Positions 1-11,839 of a stretch of DNA of 64,000 nt are shown piece after piece (position 1 is the stretch's first letter; each line of letters starts with the position of its first letter). Made by a program: the position numbers and the translations under genes. A model generated the notes under the pieces. That model was not told where the DNA came from. It saw nothing but the letters and a program-made list of their open reading frames with translations, and ran no database searches. The DNA lies in IMG/VR virus record IMGVR_UViG_3300045988_049479, positions 117,652 to 181,651 of that record; one strand, given 5' to 3'. Source of the DNA: a virus.

Positions 1-757
1 ACCCAATGTCAGATTCTAATCCCTTAGAACAATCTGTGTATAATAAGTATAAACCATTTAAATTGATATCCTTTTTAGAGCCATTACCTAACTCAACATA
101 ATTATGAGAACACATTGTTCCTTCGCAAGCTATAGAGTTTATGCAGAGTAAATGGTCCACATATACATTCCACGACTCTAATTTAGACCCAGGTTCTGTT
201 ATCATATCATTAGTCTCTACGGTAATTATCTAGTTATTTGCGTCTATGATAGTTTTTAAAGTTTTCTAGTCTTTAGTAAACATAAACTAGTTTACAGGGG
301 TCTCCTATAATGTAGTTGCTAACTTAGACTTATCTCCAACCCAAGCTAGCTTTTGGTTTATTTGTTCAGCGGAGAAATTTAAATTTTTGTAATTTTCCAT
401 TTATTAGATTTTTAATATTGTAAAGTACAATACTTAACAATTTTAAATTATTTATTCACAAGTCCAAAATCTTTTTTGACTTTGTTTTTAATATCCATTA
501 ATTTAGTAAGATATTCTTGATAATCTGTTATGATAGAAGAATCTGTGCTAAGGTTTTTTGTATAACTATTATACGAGTTGATTAAATCAAATTCTTCATC
601 TATGGTTATAAAACTTCTAATAATAGCTCTTACGCAATCCTTATAATTAGGTTGCCCATTAAGTAAAACCTAGATGAAATTGTACTAAGTTTCAAATTTA
701 GTACTGTCTTTCTCATCTAGTATTTCAACTTCAGCCTCAACTTCTCTTATATCGTAA

Positions 758-2032
758 TTATAATAATAAGTACCGTTCCCAAGTTTTTGAATTACCTAAG
801 GACAAACGTTCATTTGTATTCTATTCGGTTCTAACATAAGGTGTTACTTTAAAATTTATAGGAAATTTGTATCTAAGCAAAGAATAATGTAATTTCTTAT
901 TCTTGCTTTTAAAATAATAGGGTTTGTTGTTATACATAAAGTGCACTCTGAAATGGCTATGATAATCAACCACCTCTATGATATGAATATACTTATTATA
1001 AAACTTAGATATATTGACTTCCTTTCCATTCCAATTTGAGAACTTCAAACCAGTCAAAGTTTCTATCTTTTTCAACAAATTCTTAGAATCACAGAATTTC
1101 ATCCAGCTGAAATAAGATCTCATTCTTCTTTCCAATTCTTCTTTATCAATCTTATTTTGCTTATATAGATTTATAAGCCTAAACATTCTCATTTTTATAG
1201 ATTTTCTTAATAGAACGTGAGTGTGATAAAATTTGTAACCTACAAAATCTACTCCTCTACTTTCTACTGGAAATATCTAGTAGTTAGGTTTTAATTCTAA
1301 ATTAAGAACTTGTTTCAAATACAGTTTTATAGATACTAATACATTTCTCAAATAATTCTTGTCATTACCAAGAATCACAATATCGTCAGCATATCGAAAG
1401 TAGTACTTACATTTTAACTCCTCTTTTATCCAGTGGTCAAAATATGTCAGATATAAATTTGCAAAGAACTATGATAGATAGTTTCCAATAGGAACTCCTT
1501 TGGCTGAATATATTATTTCCTTCAATAGACTTAACAGTTTCTTATCCTTTATTTTCTTCTACAACATCTCATACAGGATGTCATGTGTTATAGATGGATA
1601 AAATTTTCTTATATCCATTTTTAGGCAGTATTTAGTTTCATCTGAGTATTTCTACAATACCTTGAATAAATCATACTCTACCTTATGAATCCCTCTGTTT
1701 CTTATAGAGGAATATGTCTAATCTATAAAAATACTGGTCCAGATAGGTTCCATAATATTCATTATAGCATGATGAGTGATTCTATCAGGGTAATATGGAA
1801 GTCTAAAGATTAATCTTTCTTTAGGCTCATATATTATAAATGTACTATATTCAGAAGTCTAATAGATTAGCTATTTTAATTTGTCTGATAATTCCTTATT
1901 TTCTTCTAATCTATTCTTATCATGCTACTTAATACCACATCGAATTGATTTATTTCTTCTAGCCTTATCATCAGCTAATTCGATGTTTTTCAAATCATAC
2001 ACTCGTTCGTGCAAATATCCTACACGTTTCAA
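758..2032 (-). CDS. DGR-type reverse transcriptase, amber-recoded (about 10 in-frame TAG); start codon uncertain (TTG at 2032 or GTG at 2002)
   Basis: Manual minus-strand translation in a single frame from the TAA at 2036-2038 down to the TAA at 758-760. It contains an RLIFRLPYYPDRITHHA stretch, GVPIGNYLS[TAG]FFANLYLTYFD, FRYADDIVILG (YxDD) and a VDFVGYKF thumb motif. Tracker ORF 821..1192 is its C-terminal fragment; it stops at an in-frame TAG at 821-823 and the frame reads on. Confidence 0.8.
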
Positions 2033-2104
2033 TTTTTATATATTTCATCGGAAGCTTTCGAGATTTAACCTACTAACACCCTTCATTTAACACTACGTTG
2101 TCTT

Positions 2105-2119
2105 TTGCCTAGAGGCAAG
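2105..2119 (-). other. Small hairpin (ttgcc-tagag-ggcaa) between TR and RT
   Basis: Inverted repeat read directly from the sequence. Confidence 0.3.
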
Positions 2120-2173
2120 GATATTACTTAGCAAACTAAAAAAATAAAATAAATTGTTCTAAATATATAATAA

Positions 2174-2271
2174 CTCGACATTGGAATTGGCATTGCTGAC
2201 GTCATTGTTAGAATTGAAATAGCTGAGACCTGCATTGCTGCCATTATTCGCGTTGCTGCCTACTAGCAGTT
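2174..2271 (-). repeat. DGR template repeat (TR), non-coding, rich in AAT/AAC codons in the VR frame (ANNGSNAGLSYFNSNNDVSNANSNVE)
   Basis: Aligns base-for-base without indels to 2373-2470 (offset 199) and to plus-strand 28831-28923. Of 25 mismatches against VR1, 23 fall where TR has A on the minus strand. In the VR frame the TR contains stop codons, so it is not coding. Confidence 0.85.
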
Positions 2272-2345
2272 CTTTTTTGCCAATCAACGGTTTTTAGAAG
2301 TAATATCCTACGATTTATATCTAAATCGATTTTCTATATTTTATC

Positions 2346-3521
2346 TTAAGATACTCTATTTAGAGTCCTAAACCCGACATCGGAACCGGCAAGGCCGACG
2401 CCATAGTTAGAATAGAAACAGCCGAGACCCGCATCGCCGCCAAGCTTCGCGCAGCCGCCCACCCGCAGCGTGCGAAGCTCTGTAGAGGTAGCATTGCAAG
2501 AGTGGTAGTCACATATATAAGTTGTAGCTGAGGCTCCAGTACAAGAAGATGGTATAATCTCTGCTGTCTCTCCTAAGTCAAACTCTTTAATGTATCCATC
2601 TTGCGCTACCTCGTATCCTGCTATGGTCTTGCTGCCAATTACGTCAGTAAACTCTTCCTTGTTTGTGGTAGTATACACACTACTGATTTCATTTGCCGCA
2701 GTTCTTTGAATAACTACTCCATCTAGGTTTGTCCAAATATCTCCAAATGGATTATCAAAACCTCTCCATCTTGGAACTTTAAATGTCTTAGTCGCTACTG
2801 TATCTGTTTCGTTTGTTGCAGTACACTCTGGAATAACTAAATCTTTGATTCCAGTGAAGTTACCAATATCATTACAATAACCACATGGAGTAATAGGATA
2901 AGTTCCATTATATCCAGACCAACTTGTAGCAGAGTTACTCCAGTCTGTAACTCCAGGACCAAGTCCTCCTTGACGATAACCATCAGAAGTAAGTTCGGCA
3001 TTATAGGCAGCCTGGGAGTTAAAGTTAGCATATTCTATTACATAGTTCCAGTAGAATATCCATTTATAATATTCATAGCATAATAATTCAGAACCTGCAT
3101 TTGTAGCATAAGTTCTCATATTAGCTCTAGAAACATTAGTTCTAGGTTTTCCTAAATCGCTTCTAAAAGCATCTTTGGTATCAAGTTCAGTAGTTAGATA
3201 CTCATCGAATTGTGCTCTATTTCCACCACCTCTAAATGCTTCTGTAGTATTGACCACAGACACAGCTTTAGGGGTTGCTGACACAGTATTATCAACGGTA
3301 TTTCTATATGCGTCAATTAATAGTTCTGGTATTTCTACCCATGAATCATCAAGCTTTACTAGAGAAATTCTAACCCATCTTTTATTTCCATTAGAGCCTG
3401 ATTTACCATAAAATTTAGGAGTGTGGACTCTTACAGTTCCATCAGTTCCATCGAGCACAGAAGGAGTACTTCCATCTTCTTTGTAAGCCCAATCGTCCGG
3501 ATATAAATAGTAATTTACCAC
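2346..3521 (-). CDS. DGR target protein 1 (putative receptor-binding or tail-fibre protein with a C-terminal variable domain)
   Basis: Tracker ORF of 391 aa with a GTG start. It has no internal TAG although the flanking genes are TAG-rich. VR1 sits at its C-terminus. The frame stays open upstream through two TAGs to a TAA at 3729-3731, so the true start could be TTG at 3720-3722. Confidence 0.7.
   Translation of the reverse strand: MVNYYLYPDDWAYKEDGSTPSVLDGTDGTVRVHTPKFYGKSGSNGNKRWVRISLVKLDDSWVEIPELLIDAYRNTVDNTVSATPKAVSVVNTTEAFRGGGNRAQFDEYLTTELDTKDAFRSDLGKPRTNVSRANMRTYATNAGSELLCYEYYKWIFYWNYVIEYANFNSQAAYNAELTSDGYRQGGLGPGVTDWSNSATSWSGYNGTYPITPCGYCNDIGNFTGIKDLVIPECTATNETDTVATKTFKVPRWRGFDNPFGDIWTNLDGVVIQRTAANEISSVYTTTNKEEFTDVIGSKTIAGYEVAQDGYIKEFDLGETAEIIPSSCTGASATTYICDYHSCNATSTELRTLRVGGCAKLGGDAGLGCFYSNYGVGLAGSDVGFRTLNRVS
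2373..2470 (-). repeat. DGR variable repeat VR1 at the 3' end of the target gene; GC-rich; encodes ...RVGGCAKLGGDAGLGCFYSNYGVGLAGSDVGFR
   Basis: Differs from the TR almost only at TR adenines (A to G, T or C). The protein ends in a GFR motif typical of C-type-lectin-fold DGR targets. The TAA stop follows 27 nt downstream. Confidence 0.85.
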
Positions 3522-5192
3522 ACCGTTATTTGCTACACATCCTCTGTAAGCGGACTAAATAGGGAGGGATTTATGTAATAGTGGGTTTCCTATTCTAGTA
3601 AGGATAGGAGAAGATACGGTAATATCCCATTCTACTCCATAAGAGTATAAGTCTACGTTACTGCTTAACTCTGTGACTTGTTTGCTTAGACTCTATTGTT
3701 CTTTTTGTAATTCTTCCCAAGCAGTATTAAGAGCATTAAATTGTTCCTCTAACTTAGTACTAGTATCTGCCCACTATGCAGTCCCATCTTCAGAAAAGGT
3801 TAAAATCTATCCAAGTGCTCCTCCAGCAGGTATGTGTTTATTTCCAGAAGTAGTTGGGTGTACATAATTATTTGCATTATCTGCAATACCACTAAGTTTC
3901 TGTTTTTCAGTTTCTGTGTAATTAGCTTCAGAAAGTCCTTTTCCTAATTCTTTATCTACCTTACTTTCCAACTCCGTTTTAGTAGCTAAACCACTTATAT
4001 CCTAGTGTTCCTTTAAATAATTTTCATCATTCTATAACTAAGACACTTTAGTTGGAATGGCACTAGATTTTGCATATGTCTAATCTATAACATTTCCAGA
4101 GCCATCATAGGTAGCCTTTAAGTCATATACGGTTTCTCCAACCTTTATAGATTTGATAGCTGCCATATTATTGTATTATTAAAGTTTCTTCTTCTACATT
4201 ATGATCTATTCCTTCTATGGAGGCAGTTAAGTCTTCAACAGCTTTCTACAGTTCAGCCTTGGTAGCGTAGTTCTTTAATGTATCTGGGTCTATTCCAGAT
4301 CCTCCTATATTTCCTCCAACAACTTTTACTGGTTTTGCTGAGTTCTTAAACTACCCTTCAACCCAAATTGTTCCCATACTATTTAAAATATTAATTGTTC
4401 ATTTTCTCCATCTACCTGTACGTTACCAGAACCAGGCTATATTGCATCTATTTTCTTCTACAATTCGTCTACAGCAGCCTTTATTAATTCTTCCACCTCA
4501 GCTTTTGTATAGTAGCGTTCTGTCAGATATTCACTTCTGACATATCCTGTATCCTATATATCTTTTTCTCCATAAGTACAATAGTACGTATCGTTCTCTG
4601 TCTTATTATTTTCAACTAAGTCATCATAATCTGTTTGTGGAAGACATACCAATTTAGGAACCTCTTCTGTAAGAGCAACTTGCTTTCCAGATGCTAATAA
4701 TCTATTGTCTTCTGTAGTAAGTTTAACAGAACTTTCAATAGTCTGTTCAGTTGTTTCATCTTCTGAACTTTCTCCAGTTGTTCCCTATTGTACTTCTTTT
4801 TCGACAATTTTCTAAATAGTAATATCAGAAGTTTCTATAGAGGTTGATTTTAGAAGCTCTGTGCTAAATTCCTTAGAAGCGGCATCCTAATCTTCCTAAT
4901 ATTTCTTCTAGGTAACAAATATAAAATCGTCATCACCAGTTTCGGGAGAATCTCCTCTTAAACTTTCTTTTGTCACATACTCCTCTGCTATCTAATCGGA
5001 AAGGTCGGTTAATGACTATTGAGTGGCGTATGTAGATTGAGCATTTTCTTTTGTAAGAAACTTTTCATCTACCTACGAGCTAGTGTAGTATGCTTTAATA
5101 TCTTCTGTAGTAACGTAGCTTCCTAGTTTCTATAAACCAGAAACAATTTCATCAATCTATGTCTTTGAGTAATAATTAGTAGCAACCCAGGA

Positions 5193-6251
5193 CTAATACT
5201 GATGTGTAGTATGGTAATTTTGATCTAAGTACTCCTTAGTAATATAGACTTTAGCATCATTTGTTACATCATACACATAGTAATATGTGTCAGGTTCTAT
5301 AGCCTCATCTTCTACCAGTTTTAAATATTCCTCTTCAGTTAATGTAACCAGATTAGGAACATCTGACATCATGGCGAATTGGTCTTCTCCAACAAACAAT
5401 CCATCAGATTTAACATCTACTACTAGCTAATCCTTCCCTTCTACTACTGGAGACTTTATCTATCCTACAGTAATACTTTCTAGGGAACCATCTCCATCTA
5501 CCTTTAAAGTCTTATCTAGCTCATCTTGAATAGCCTATTGGTCTTCGTCATACTATTTCTTTGTAACAAAGACAAAATCATCTCCTTCCATTCCTTCTCC
5601 TCTAAGACTTTCTTTGGTAACAAATATGTCATCAGTTTCTTCCTTAGTATAATGGTTAGATAAGGCTTTAGATAACAAGGATTCTGGGTCCTCTAAATCT
5701 AGATCAGTTTTAGGGGCATAATTCTCAGTTAACTCTTCAAGAGTAGCATACTTGGAAAGGTTAGAGATTGTCTAGTCTAAATCCGTTCTAATCTGTACGA
5801 CAGTAGTATTTAGAGCTTTCTATTTCAACTATTCCTCTATCTTTTTACCCCATTCTGCTGATAAATAAAACTAATCATCATCTAGGCTGTCTTCATATAT
5901 ATAATAATATGTTTCTGCATGAAGATATGTTTTATTTTCGTCTATAGGTTTAAAATCTTCTGTGGTATTTTCAGACCATTCCTTATATTCAGCCTCTGTA
6001 CAGGTGATTATCTAAATAGATTCATAAGAAGCTTTCCAACCTTCTTTGTATTTAATCTTAGACTTATCTACTAGCATATAAATATTTCCGTTATCTATAT
6101 TTGAAACGGTCATGCCTTGATAAGCATATTTCTCCGGAATAGAATATAATTCGTCTAAATTATCGACTACTGTTCTATTATCAAGAGGTTTAGGAGTTTC
6201 TACGGTTAAAGCAACGCCTAATGTAGCATCACCTGTATATTTAAATGCCAT
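5193..6251 (-). CDS. Amber-recoded acidic structural protein; ATG at 6249-6251 overlaps the upstream stop as TAATG; 3' end not determined (frame continues below 5193 through TAG)
   Basis: Manual translation from 6251 down through tracker ORFs 6012..6251 and 5193..5399 stays in one frame, interrupted only by TAG (for example 6012, 5871, 5829, 5820, 5772, 5694, 5553, 5535, 5517, 5466, 5460, 5427, 5193). Confidence 0.5.
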
Positions 6252-7840
6252 TATTGTGATAAAGTAAAGTTAATTTGATGAGGCAATGCTGAAGAATAAG
6301 TATCCTTCTTAGTCCATACTTTATAAGGAAATCCATTTATCTATTCAGTAGAAGTTTCCCAGCCACTTAAATCAACATTTAGGTATCCTAGTCCTCCATC
6401 TACTGTAAATGAATTTAGCTAAGTATTACTTCCAGGTAATTTTATAATAGCCTTTCCACTTAATGAAAATGTAATAATTCCAGAAGATTGTCCAAATGGA
6501 ACAAGACTCTATTTGATTAAACTATCTGTATTACCAGAATACCAAGGGTAGGTAGCAGTCACCTATGCTGTAGTTGATATTGAACCAGCCTCCACCCTCT
6601 TGTCTGTAACCTCTCCCTTGTTGTTAATAAGATATTCTCCAGCAGCATAATTTACGGTACCAGAATGCACATAAACACCGATAGAATCATATGTTTCAGA
6701 TTCTACAGGAGAATCATTATAGGTAATAGTTTCTTCTCTACCAGTTTCCTCTCCAGCATCATTTTTTATAAATGTTAAAGTAGGGGTAAGTAAAGCGGAT
6801 CCTACCTCCACAATCTAAGAGGTGAAGCTATAATACAACTAAGGATAAACCAAATCTCTAACAACAGTAGGAAATAATAGAGTGTCTATAATCTCATTAA
6901 ACGGCTTTCCTTTCAATTTTTCAACTGTAGTTCCTTGAATAACAGTAGAAGTAGTATCATCTGGAAGTTCAGTTTGATAAGTAGCTATAGTTTCTAAACT
7001 TGTCTATATATTTGTGATATTCTCAGTATTAGAATCTACTTTAGAATCAGTGTTCTTCTAAGCTTCCTATACTCCCTTAACTTCTTCCTTTACCTCTGTT
7101 AGAGATGGTTCCAGGTCTTTTACATATATTCCAGGTAGAACTACTGTGGAAGGTTCTCCTTCCTCCTCTACTGGAGGAATTTCCTACTGAATCAGATGTA
7201 TTGCATTATCCTCCTACTAAGATAGAATTACTTCTAGAGTATTATCATCCTTTATTTCTATGGTTTTGGAGTTTCTTAGACTATTAGTTATCCAATTCTA
7301 GATGTTTTTGTCAACATCTATATTTTTGATAGACTCATTAATATCCTCTATTGCCTCATTAATCTAGGTTATTTTCTCAGAAAGATTGTTTATGCCAGTT
7401 CTGTTAGATTCAATTTCTTCTTCAAGTTCTTCCTTAAGTACAGTAATAGAAGTTCTGATATTACTTATATCAACTTTTATTTCCTCTATTTCTTCTGTAT
7501 TAGCTTCGTACTAACTTATAAAGAATAAAGCATAATCTAAGGCATCTTTTACAGTATTGATATTCTCTGCAACATCACTAGTATAAGTCCATTTCTATTC
7601 TATGTACTATACTAAATCTTTCTAGGCTTCTATAGTTCCTTCTATATTTCCCCAAAGAAGACTCTACTCATCAGCGATACCTAGATTCTTTCTAACCTTA
7701 GCTCTTTCTAATTCAGTTCTATATTCTCCAAGATAGTTGTTTCTTAGGAGAGGTATAGGTTCACTTTTTATTAAATGTCCTTTCTTTCCACAAGGCTTTA
7801 TATCAGCATTGCTTACCGAAGTATAAATAGGCTGTATCAT
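6251..7840 (-). CDS. Amber-recoded coiled-coil tail-fibre or needle-like structural protein (about 529 codons, about 20 in-frame TAG)
   Basis: Manual translation from ATG 7838-7840 to TAA 6251-6253 in one frame. The only internal stops are TAG. The frame is closed upstream by a TGA at 7847-7849. Heptad-like, E/K/I-rich sequence. Confidence 0.6.
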
Positions 7841-10800
7841 TATGATTCAATAATTGCTATTTAATAAATTCGTGATTATCTAATTTTACGGGTAGGTTAA
7901 TAAAACAAATTAGATTCAAAATATCCTAATAATCTGGTCTATATCCCTTTCTAACCCTTTTAAGGAAATCCTCATACCTTTTAATAGCCTTTCTTTTAAG
8001 AGCATCCACAACCTATACGTTTATGTTCATGGTGATTGTTACAGAATCCACCGCAAGTACGGAACATTGCTAACAATCTTTCAGCTTCCATGAATTGTTT
8101 AAAGCCTATTAAATAATCTATAATGTTAAGTGTCATCCAGATAAAATCTCTTGCAAATATATCTGCATCATGTTCTCTAGTTAGACACTTATTTAATAAA
8201 GAGTCAAAGAGTTTCTTACAGTAGTTAATATAACACTATTGCAGATTTCCTGTAAAGAATACATCTACCTTACATTTTTTGATAGTAGTTCCTTCTATAT
8301 TTCTCTCAAGGATTTCTTTTACAGTACATTCCTCTAGCTCTCCATCTACTTCTTTATATAGTTTCTCTCCATCAGTTATATAGATAGTTTCATAATACTC
8401 CTTGTATTCATCAGATGAATTTTCATACCATTTCATATTAGGAAGAATTATGTGGTCTACTACATAATATCCATCTTCTTTCACCTTAAATGTACAAGAG
8501 TCTAAATCCTCTGTATGGTCATTGAGAAGTACGTCTATCAAAGTAGCATCTCCTATACTAACTTTTATGATAGTATTTAGGGTAGCACTTTCACTATACT
8601 TATAAGAATCATAGGAAGTTACTACCTCTAAATCTTCATCAATATACTATCCATATTCCTTTGAAAAGTCTTCAATAGTTATTTCCCCGTTAATCTGGGT
8701 ATGTATATCAATACTAAATTCCATATTATAATAATTAAGACTCAGTAGTAGGCCATTGACCATATTGAGCAGGAGTAGAAAATGGTTTCCACTTACCTTC
8801 TTGTCGTATACGTCTAGACATAAAAACTGAACTAAATGATAAACTAATATCTTGAGGATAGTCTGTCCATGTATATGACTAACCTTCAGGAGTCGGTGGT
8901 AGACTATTTAATTTACCAGCTGGTTTCCCATTCCAATAATAATTATAGTCATATGCCTTAGTTGGAGTAACAGTCGTTGTTTCATGTCCTTCTGAATCTA
9001 CATATAGAGGATTTCCATCCTCATCTGTTTTCTGCTTATACTCAATAACTGGAGTTATTCCCTCAGTTCTAGTGTATATATTCTAGATAATAGTAGAAAC
9101 ATCGCTTGCCACAATCTCATAAATAGTAGTTCCCTGAGATTCGTCAGCTCCCTAGAAAGTAAATTTAGTTCTTTTCCAGATGTATGGATTCTCTTCAGTT
9201 GGAAGTTCAAAAGTATCAGTCCACTATTTAGTAGATAATTTTATCTCAGATTCTTCAGCAGTATCAGCAGGTAAGTAATGAATCTTAATAATAATATTAT
9301 TTACCGCTTCACTAGAACCAGAAAGATCTGACACCTATTTAAATAGTTTCTTTAAATCTTCTTCCACATTTGATTTGGAACCAGAAGCATTACTAATAAT
9401 TACTGAACCATCTGAAATAGGATAAATCTATTGCTAATCCTTATTATATACAATTGTTCCAGTTGCCATATTAATGTATTTGTCTTATTTTGTCATTATA
9501 TGGATTTCCATCATGAAGCTAAGCTAACTCTATTTCAGTTCTCTTTTCTTCTATATCCATTTGTCTATCTTTATATGTAGAATCAGATTGAGCTTTGAGC
9601 CAGTTAACTTTATATTCTAACTACATTTTCTGCTACTCTAATCCTAATCTCTATTCATCCAAACTTTCTATCTTCTACTAAGCTTTCTATAGTTCTTGCT
9701 GTAACTGCTGTGCCTATTGTGAAGTTTCTTCCAGTTTTTCCTATAGCTGCTATAGCTAATTGTTTTCTTCTTTACGAATCTATACTGCTTTCTTAACCTT
9801 ATATTTAAGGTCTGTAAGACTCTTAGCAGTTAGTGCTTCAAATATGATGTCAGGATCCATTTGCTGACTTTTAACAAACTCTGGAATAATGGCTTTAATA
9901 GTTTGTAAATCTTCCATTACTTCAGAGCTAGAAGTTATATGGATGTCATAATCAGTAACCGTAAAATATTCTGGAAGTGCTGTAAATATCTGCTAGTATT
10001 TATCTCCAAGTATAATAGTACCAGTCAATCCTTTCTTATATGTTATTTTAGCCTAGTTTAGACTATCCAATAATATCTCACAAGTGATTAGGTCCATCTA
10101 CTAGAAATAATGCTTGGTTACTATGTAAGAGTTAGTAACACCTTGCTTAATATTAGTTACAGCATCGTGAGTTTCTATTCCATTTAATCTTTCTCTAAAT
10201 ACTCCAGTTATAGATGATGTAGTTTGTTCTACTGATTGAATTGCTAATTCAATAGCCTATACAGCCTAAGCTTTTAAGGTATCATCAAATCCATTGTATA
10301 TCTAGTTAGGTGCTTGCGCTCCGTCATTTCTCTCTTCCTAAGTAGAATCAATCCACATGATACCACCCTTCTTGTATGCTAACCATTTCTACACTCTTTC
10401 TGGCCATTTTACGCCTAGGTTAGTAGGAAGCAATGACATATCCATGATTACTCCAGCAGTACCGCTGTTAGCTATCAGGTTATCCCTATAATAATTTAAC
10501 AAGTCATATCTATCCTGTAGATGTGCACACTTTAATATCAGAGAGTACGGTTGTTGAGAACGATTTAAGAAATATACCCCATTCACAGACAAAGAGCAGA
10601 AATTAGGATTATCTTTTGACCTCATAACAGTCTTGTCTAGACCTCTCAGAATATATATTTCTTCTCCAATTCTAATGGTATTGTATCTCTACATTACAAA
10701 ATCGTCATCAGTTTCTATCCACTCTACATCATAAACAGGAATTAACTAAAATCTATGAGCACTATATTCATTATCTGGATATCCAGGAATAGTTTCATGA

Positions 10801-11839
10801 TTCTAGTCTTCGTTTACTATAGTACAAGTGTCACCATAAACTCTTCTATAAACTGCAGCTGAATCATCGGCTCTCCATTCATCTTTTAGTCTTTTCAGAT
10901 CTTCTCTAGAGATTTCTTTTCCGTATTTAGCTAATATCTAGCTTTTACTCATCCATTTTCTAACTACTACTCTATACGAATTTCTAACATATGGAGATTC
11001 TGGATTCCTATCTACGAAAGTATTTAAAGGATTCAGAACTTCTATTTCTATGTTAGTTCCAGAAGATGATGATTTTACTCTGAAAAATGTATAGCCAGTA
11101 ATTAATAAATCTGTAAGTAACTATCGGAGTTTAGTTATTAAATCGGTTTCTCTAGACTGCATAATATAATGAATAATATTCTATGCAGCTATCTCATATT
11201 GAGAAATAAAAGACTAATCAATGTCTTGAATAATTTTATCTAACTAAGTCTTCACGGCTTTATCTGTAATATCTTTTCCGTCGATAAATTTCAGAATAGA
11301 ATTACTTAAATGGTCTCTAAGAAATTTAACTATTCCTTTAGTTATTTCTAACTATTTTTCTCTGGTGATATTACTAATGGTATCTGAATCCTTACAAGAA
11401 ATCTTCGGAAGGATAGGGGTTCCTAGATATTCCCCTACTAGAGCATCTACGTGCTTTTTTAGTAATGGTGTAAATTCTACAGAAGTAGGACTACCTATTC
11501 CAAAGTTTTCTTCCAGGTAACGAAACTATTCTGGGTCTCTCTTTCCGTTATAGTAATTATAGGCTTTCTATAATTCGTACTTATCATATACAAGCTCCGC
11601 AATAGCCTCGTTCGTCTTGTCTATCAGTTCTTTTTCTTTCATAACATAAATTATGCTGTTCTGGAGGAAGTTTAGTTGCATTATAGTATTTAACTCTTTG
11701 TAACTTCCTACTTCTTAATTCTTCCTTTATAAATGGGAGAAATTCTTCATCAGGTAAATCAGCTATAATGACTAAAGGCATCTCTGACCTATCAAAGTTA
11801 AACGATACCTTATAACCAACTGGATCTAGGTTCTGAATT

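Noticed and set aside
2272-2372. Looked for an accessory variability determinant (avd) gene between VR1 and the TR, or near the RT
   Set aside because: Only about 100 nt of AT-rich non-coding sequence separates the VR from the TR, and no ORF of about 100 to 130 aa lies between the TR and the RT, so no avd is called.
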